In this document: positions 59,642 through 64,000 of the stretch, piece after piece
How the letters are laid out: each line of letters starts with the position of its first letter
Numbering within the stretch: the stretch's first letter is position 1
Assembly: GCA_016783355.1 (NCBI GenBank)
Contig: JADHWR010000001.1
Span: forward strand, 6,072 to 70,071
DNA: 64,000 bases
Source: Candidatus Omnitrophota bacterium
GTDB lineage: Bacteria; Omnitrophota; Gorgyraeia; Gygaellales; JAHJCI01
Reading direction: 5' to 3'
Notes under the pieces: generated by a model
What the model was told of the DNA's origin: nothing
Database searches by the model: none
Seen by the model: the letters and a program-made list of their open reading frames with translations, nothing else
Position numbers and translations under genes: made by a program

Positions 59642-61225
59642 TCAAAGCTTTATCAATTTTGCTGCCAAAACAAATTCTATCTTCCGTATCTCGTTCATTA
59701 AATCCGGACTTACGGGACTATCCACATTTAAAATGCTGATTGCCTCGCCGCCCCGAATCTTGCGGCCGAAAGTCATGGCAGCAATATTTATATCGTGCTT
59801 GCCTAAGAGTGTGCCAATCCTGCCAATAATCCCGGGTAAGTCCTGGTTCTTCATCACAACAAGATAGCCAAAAGGCGAAACCTCCACATAGAAATCATCA
59901 ATCTTGACAATTCGAGGTTCTCGCTTTGGTGATAAAGTAGCAGCAACAACTTTACTTCCTTTATCTGTATCTATCTTAATAGAAATAAGATTTGTAAATT
60001 CTTCTTCGATTGACGCTTTTGTCTCTTTAATTTTGATCCCTCGTTCTCGTGCGAGAGCAACGGCATTAATAAAGTTAATTGCCTCTTTTAAAATCGGGGT
60101 AAGTAATCCCTTAATTACAGCAGCAGATAAACAAGATACGTCGCGCTTGGTAATCTCACCGCTATATTGAATCTCAATCTTGCTAATCCGGCCCTCTACG
60201 AATTGAGCGCTGAAATTGCCTAACCTCTCTGCCATAATTATATAAGGTTTGAGGAATTTATATTCTTGAGGTTCAATCTTGGGAAAGTTAACAGCATTGC
60301 GAATGCCCAATCCCTTTAAATAATCACGGACACATTCGGCAATCTCAACAGCGACATTAATCTGAGCCTCTTCTGTAGATGCGCCCAAGTGAGGTGTTGT
60401 AATAATATTGTCTAATTTTAGAAGTTCAGATTCTTTCTCCGGAGGCTCCTTCTCAAAAACATCTAAGCTTGCGCCGCTAATCTTGCCCTCTTTAATTGCC
60501 GCGACTAATGCCTTCTCGTCAATAATTCCTCCCCGGGCACAATTGATGACGCAGGCCCCCTTCTTCATTAAAGCGAACTCGCGATCAGAAATGAGATGCC
60601 TTGTCGCATCTGTCAACGGGGTATGCACTGTAATAAAATCTGATATTTTAAGTAAGTCGTCTAACTCTACTAATTCTATCCCGATCGCCTGGGCTGCTTC
60701 ATGAGAAAGATAGGGGTCATAAGCTGTAATCTTTATCCCAAAGGATAGTGCTCGCTTTGCTATCTCTTTTCCAATTCTTCCCAATCCAATAATCCCTAAA
60801 ACCTTACCATAAAGTTCCACCCCCATAAATTTAGAACGCTTCCACTCGCCGCTCTTTACGGAGTTATTTGCCTGAGGGATGTTGCGTGCCAGACTTAAGA
60901 TTAAACTCATTGTATGCTCGCAGGTAGATATGGTATTACCCGCTGGTGCATTCATTACCACAATGCCCTTTTCTGTTGCCGCCGCTAAGTCTATGTTATC
61001 TAACCCCACACCGGCACGGCCAATGACCCGCAAATTCCTGGCTTCGTCAATAACTTCTTTTGTAACTTTGGTTGCACTGCGCACAAACAAAGCAACATAT
61101 TCGCAAATGATTGCCTTTAGCTCCTCTGGTTTTAGTCCTGTTTTCAGATCAACCTTAAATTCGGGCGTATCTTTTAAAATCTTCAGCCCTTCTTCTGATA
61201 ATGGGTCACTAACCAAAATTCTCAT
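59642..61225 (-). CDS. serA: D-3-phosphoglycerate dehydrogenase (long form with ASB/ACT domains)
   Basis: 527 aa. Has the NAD motif GIIGLGRIG, NCARGG..DE.AL, HLGAST and a C-terminal ACT-like region. Confidence 0.92.
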   Translation of the reverse strand: MRILVSDPLSEEGLKILKDTPEFKVDLKTGLKPEELKAIICEYVALFVRSATKVTKEVIDEARNLRVIGRAGVGLDNIDLAAATEKGIVVMNAPAGNTISTCEHTMSLILSLARNIPQANNSVKSGEWKRSKFMGVELYGKVLGIIGLGRIGKEIAKRALSFGIKITAYDPYLSHEAAQAIGIELVELDDLLKISDFITVHTPLTDATRHLISDREFALMKKGACVINCARGGIIDEKALVAAIKEGKISGASLDVFEKEPPEKESELLKLDNIITTPHLGASTEEAQINVAVEIAECVRDYLKGLGIRNAVNFPKIEPQEYKFLKPYIIMAERLGNFSAQFVEGRISKIEIQYSGEITKRDVSCLSAAVIKGLLTPILKEAINFINAVALARERGIKIKETKASIEEEFTNLISIKIDTDKGSKVVAATLSPKREPRIVKIDDFYVEVSPFGYLVVMKNQDLPGIIGRIGTLLGKHDINIAAMTFGRKIRGGEAISILNVDSPVSPDLMNEIRKIEFVLAAKLIKL

Positions 61226-62358
61226 TTCAAGAATACCTCCTGACTAGCCTTTAAGCCAACACCTAATTCAAATTTATAACCCATCTGATTCAATACTTTC
61301 TCAAGACAAGCAATACAGACAATTAGATCGAATTCATCAATATAGCCCATATGGGCAATGCGAATAATCTTACCTTTCAATTGCGCCTGACCTCCGGCAA
61401 TGACCACGCCATAGGCATCGCGCATCGTCTTTACCAGTTTCTGCCCGTCAATACCCACAGGAACACAGATTGCTGTAACTGCATCAGAGGGAGCAGTTGA
61501 TGCAAAGAGCTCCAATCCCAATGCCCTCGCTGCAGCTCGGCTCGCCTGCGCCATTCTCTTATGACGCTGAAAGATATTTTCCAAGCCCTCTTCCTTGAGC
61601 ATCTTTAGTGCTTCATTCAAGGCAACAATCAAAGATATCGCCGAAGTAAATGGTGTATCAGTCTTATCGAGGGCTTTTTTTGCCTGCTTTAAGTCAAAAT
61701 AATACTTGGGAGATTTTGCTTGCTCAATCAATTTCCAGGCTTTAGCACTTACAGAGAGAAAAGCAAGTCCTGGGGCAACCATCAAGCCCTTCTGTGAACC
61801 GGCAACTACTACATCTACACCCCACCTATCAGTCTGCAAATCAACTGCACCTAAACCACTGATTGCATCAACTACTAATACAGCGCCGCTTTCCCTGACA
61901 ATTTTGCCAATTGTTTCGATATCATTAACCACCCCTGTAGAAGTTTCGCAAAGCGTTGTAAATACTGCTTTGATTCTCGATTCTCGATCAATTCTCGATT
62001 TTATTTCCTTCGGCTCCACTGCCTTACCCCACTCAACCTTGATCACCTCACAGTTTACTCCGAAACTTCGACAGATTTCTGTCCAGCGCTGGCCAAATTT
62101 TCCACCCTCAATTGTGACCACCGTATCTCCTGACGAAAGTAAATTACAGACTGCCGCCTCCATTGCACCTGTCCCGGAAGAAGCAAAGATAAATACATCA
62201 TTTTTTGTCTGAAAAATATATCTTAAATCCTCCTCTACTTCTTTCAAAACTGCCTGAAATTGTGGCGTGCGATGGTGAATTATTGGACGCGCTGCAGCTG
62301 CCATTACCTGTGGCGGTAAAGGCGTTGGCCCTGGTGTCAATAAATAACTTTTCTTCAT
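61222..62358 (-). CDS. class V aminotransferase (serine-pyruvate / phosphoserine aminotransferase type)
   Basis: 378 aa. Has LL.PGPT..P..V, GTGAMEA and the SQKGL (PLP-Lys) motif. It is translationally coupled to serA, suggesting a SerC-like role. Confidence 0.8.
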   Translation of the reverse strand: MKKSYLLTPGPTPLPPQVMAAAARPIIHHRTPQFQAVLKEVEEDLRYIFQTKNDVFIFASSGTGAMEAAVCNLLSSGDTVVTIEGGKFGQRWTEICRSFGVNCEVIKVEWGKAVEPKEIKSRIDRESRIKAVFTTLCETSTGVVNDIETIGKIVRESGAVLVVDAISGLGAVDLQTDRWGVDVVVAGSQKGLMVAPGLAFLSVSAKAWKLIEQAKSPKYYFDLKQAKKALDKTDTPFTSAISLIVALNEALKMLKEEGLENIFQRHKRMAQASRAAARALGLELFASTAPSDAVTAICVPVGIDGQKLVKTMRDAYGVVIAGGQAQLKGKIIRIAHMGYIDEFDLIVCIACLEKVLNQMGYKFELGVGLKASQEVFLK

Positions 62359-62972
62359 GGATTATCTCCTTGTTCCTTAGTGATAATCACCTGATCAACC
62401 AATCCATATTCTTTTGCCTCTTGCGCAGACATAAAATAATCGCGGTCTAAATCCTTTTGAATCTTCTCTATTGGCTGTTTGGTATGTATTGAAAATATCT
62501 TATTTATGCGGTCACGCAACTTCAAAATCTCCTTTGCATGTCGTGAAATATCCTCTGCCGCGCCCTGAATTCCTCCCCACGGTTGATGAATCATCACCCT
62601 CGAATTGGGTAAAACAAGGCGCTTGCCCTTTGTTCCCGCACATAAAAGCAAAGCCGCCATACTTGCTGCCTGGCCAACACAATAAGTAGCGACATCAGGT
62701 TTGACAAACTGCATTGTATCATATATAGCTAAGCCTGCTGTAACAGAACCACCTGGACAATTTATATAGATACTTATCTCTTTATTTACATTTTCCATTT
62801 GCAAGAAAAGCATCTGAGCAATAACAAGGTTAGCAATATTATCATCAATTGGTGAGCCAATAAAAATGATGCGGTCCTTAAGAAGCCGTGAGTAGATATC
62901 ATAAGCGCGTTCATAACCACGGGCTGTCTGTTCAATCACCATGGGAACCAAGGTTTGATTTTTTATCTGCAT
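62355..62972 (-). CDS. clpP: ATP-dependent Clp protease proteolytic subunit
   Basis: 205 aa. Has [28 protein letters not shown], catalytic GQAASMAA and MIHQP. Confidence 0.95.
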   Translation of the reverse strand: MQIKNQTLVPMVIEQTARGYERAYDIYSRLLKDRIIFIGSPIDDNIANLVIAQMLFLQMENVNKEISIYINCPGGSVTAGLAIYDTMQFVKPDVATYCVGQAASMAALLLCAGTKGKRLVLPNSRVMIHQPWGGIQGAAEDISRHAKEILKLRDRINKIFSIHTKQPIEKIQKDLDRDYFMSAQEAKEYGLVDQVIITKEQGDNP

Positions 62973-62984
62973 TGTGACCTCCTC

Positions 62985-63085
62985 AATGAGTCCGCCAAAG
63001 TTCGTTGGCGGACGAATTGATCCCGCCGAATGCTCTAAAATTATCCCCTGCGGGGAGAATTTTAGAGCAGCTTATGAGGCGGGAT
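62985..63085 (-). promoter_or_regulatory. Two-hairpin leader element, copy 3 (between tRNA-Gly and the clpP SD)
   Basis: The minus-strand RNA reads AUCCCGCCUCAUAAGCUGCUCUAAAAUUCUCCCCGCAGGGGAUAAUUUUAGAGCAUUCGGCGGGAUCAAUUCGUCCGCCAACGAACUUUGGCGGACUCAUU, followed by GAGGAGG-N5-AUG. Confidence 0.7.
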
Positions 63086-63116
63086 ATACATTATTATAGT
63101 AATCTCTTAAAACTAA

Positions 63117-63189
63117 AGCGGGAGACGGGCTTCGAACCCGCGACATTCACGTTGGCAACGTGATGCTCTACCAACTGAGCTACTCCCGC
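63117..63189 (-). tRNA. tRNA-Gly(GCC)
   Basis: The minus-strand sequence GCGGGAGTAGCTCAGTTGGTAGAGCATCACGTTGCCAACGTGAATGTCGCGGGTTCGAAGCCCGTCTCCCGCT folds as a cloverleaf. The anticodon loop is TTGCCAA. Confidence 0.9.
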
Positions 63190-63216
63190 ATTCCTTTTCG
63201 CAACCTCTCCTTCTAT

Positions 63217-63302
63217 TGCCGCGGGAGAGACTCGAACTCTCAAGTCTTTGTCAGACATTAGGTCCTAAGCCTAACGCGTATACCAAATTCCGCCACCGCG
63301 GC
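63217..63302 (-). tRNA. tRNA-Leu(TAG), long variable arm
   Basis: The minus-strand sequence is GCCGCGGTGGCGGAATTTGGTATACGCGTTAGGCTTAGGACCTAATGTCTGACAAAGACTTGAGAGTTCGAGTCTCTCCCGCGGCA. The anticodon loop is CTTAGGA. Confidence 0.88.
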
Positions 63303-63371
63303 CAAAACCCCATCAGCAAAAACAAGTTCACTGAGCCACCCGCGACTCGAACGCGGCACACCCGCCTTAAA

Positions 63372-63697
63372 CATTTTTGTTAACTGTATGTCGCCATACA
63401 GATCAGACTATCCCATCCCCCTCACGCTTATCCTTAAAAAAGAAAGCGATGGGGGTCTCGATTATAGTCGTTGAACCTTCCCAGTACTTATTTGCTAAGA
63501 TAATTTCTGATTCAAATAAATGCCGGGCTTGGCTGCAGATTGTCTGCATTTAAGAATTTTTACCCCCGCCACAATACTTTGGCGGGTCGCCAATGCTTTG
63601 TGGCGACAGACATAAAGGGTATCTTAAAATACTCAGACTTTCCCGCAATTTACGAGATTCTCACTATTGATTTCTCAATAATGGCCCCTTTTTCGCG
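63372..63697 (-). ncRNA. Group I-like intron (no ORF), with a repeat module inserted at the P5 tip
   Basis: It starts after an exon U and ends in G. Hand-folded pairings are listed here:
- P1: GCCCU/GGGGC.
- P2: CAUUAUUGA-GAAA-UCAAUAGUG.
- P3: UCUCG/CGAGA, followed by J3/4 UAAAUU.
- P4: GCGGG/UCUGC, followed by J4/5 AAA.
- P5: GUCUG/CAGAC.
- The conserved AGCCAAGCC word.
- P6: CCCGG.../...CUGGG.
- P7: GACUAU/AUAGUC.
- P8: CCCCC.../...GGGGG.
- P9: UGUAUG-GCGA-CAUACA. Confidence 0.72.
63563..63607. repeat. Single inverted copy of the 46.6-kb double-hairpin repeat unit, embedded in the intron
   Basis: The plus strand reads ccccgccacaatactttggcgggtcgccaatgctttgtggcgac. This is the reverse complement of the gtcgccacaaagcgttggcgacccgccaaagtattatggcggg unit at 46696-46738. 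Confidence 0.85.
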
Positions 63698-64000
63698 AGG
63701 GCGGTGCTCTACCAGATGAGCTAGTGGCCCATTTCTATCTTAAATTTGTAATTATTGCCAAAGAACAAAATCTATATCTATTTCTGATAAGATTTTAATA
63801 ATAAATCTAAGATTTTTCTCTTTGAAATTTTTCTTTTCCAAATTCCATTCTTTCTGCTCGCATTTATATAAATTCTAGGCGAAAAATTTATCTCTTTAGC
63901 AAATCTTAATAAGTTTTCCCTTTTGGAGATTTCTATCTCAGTGCCCCTTTTATTAATTCTGCTCTTTATACCAAAACCATTTAATAAATCTTTTATCTGT

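Larger units (their letters stand above)
63332..63730 (-). tRNA. tRNA-Lys(UUU) interrupted in the anticodon loop by a 326-nt group I-like intron
   Basis: The 5' exon (63730-63698) is GGGCCACTAGCTCATCTGGTAGAGCACCGCCCT. The 3' exon (63371-63332) is TTTAAGGCGGGTGTGCCGCGTTCGAGTCGCGGGTGGCTCA. Joined, they give a 73-nt cloverleaf with the acceptor stem (one G-U pair), D, anticodon (CCGCC/GGCGG) and T (CCGCG/CGCGG) stems all paired. The anticodon loop is CUUUUAA. Confidence 0.75.

Noticed and set aside
63731-64000. AT-rich terminal 270 bp with a short minus-strand ORF end (..TDKRFIKWFWYKEQN stop near 63953)
   Set aside because: It is too short and truncated by the window edge to assign. No recognisable motif is present.

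Overview
This is a 64-kb, visibly AT-rich bacterial chromosome segment. Every gene I can support (about 66 CDS and 6 tRNAs) lies on the minus strand. The content is core housekeeping:
- rplC'-rpsJ-tuf-fusA-rpsG-rpsL, then a single 2466-aa fused rpoB-rpoC ORF, then rplL-rplJ-rplA-rplK-nusG-secE-tRNA(Trp)-rpmG-tRNA(Thr).
- panD, pta-ackA, trpGDCF, murA, prmC-prfA-rpmE-rho, coaE, glgA, polA.
- A folate C1 cluster (fhs-fchA-folD-metF), yraN-rnhB, a relE/phd toxin-antitoxin pair, rplS-trmD, tgt, ruvB, scpA, trpS.
- proS-rimP-nusA-infB, uppS-cdsA-dxr-rseP-ispG, GH57/DUF4912, purA, serA/serC-like, clpP and a tRNA cluster.

The unusual biology is in the repeats rather than the gene content.
1. A family of elements is bounded by the 13-bp terminal inverted repeat CCCCGTTCGAAAT/ATTTCGAACGGGG and flanked by 4-bp direct repeats. 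Four short copies sit in frame inside intact housekeeping genes (coaE, polA, tgt, infB) and a fifth in the N-terminal/5' region of the DJ-1/PfpI ORF. One 279-bp copy carries a complete small GIY-YIG nuclease gene. Two tandem copies interrupt codon 4 of a TPR gene, and removing them restores a clean start codon.
2. A tRNA-Lys(UUU) gene is split by a 326-nt intron that folds as a group I intron.
3. rpoB and rpoC are fused, and a Shine-Dalgarno-like relic sits in the linker.
4. A roughly 95-nt two-hairpin leader with compensatory substitutions precedes rplL, an OmpA-like gene and clpP.
5. Several other hairpin or tandem repeat families occur both between genes and in frame within genes.

I cannot assign taxonomy by eye. 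All homology calls rest on motif recognition in the supplied translations, not on database searches.
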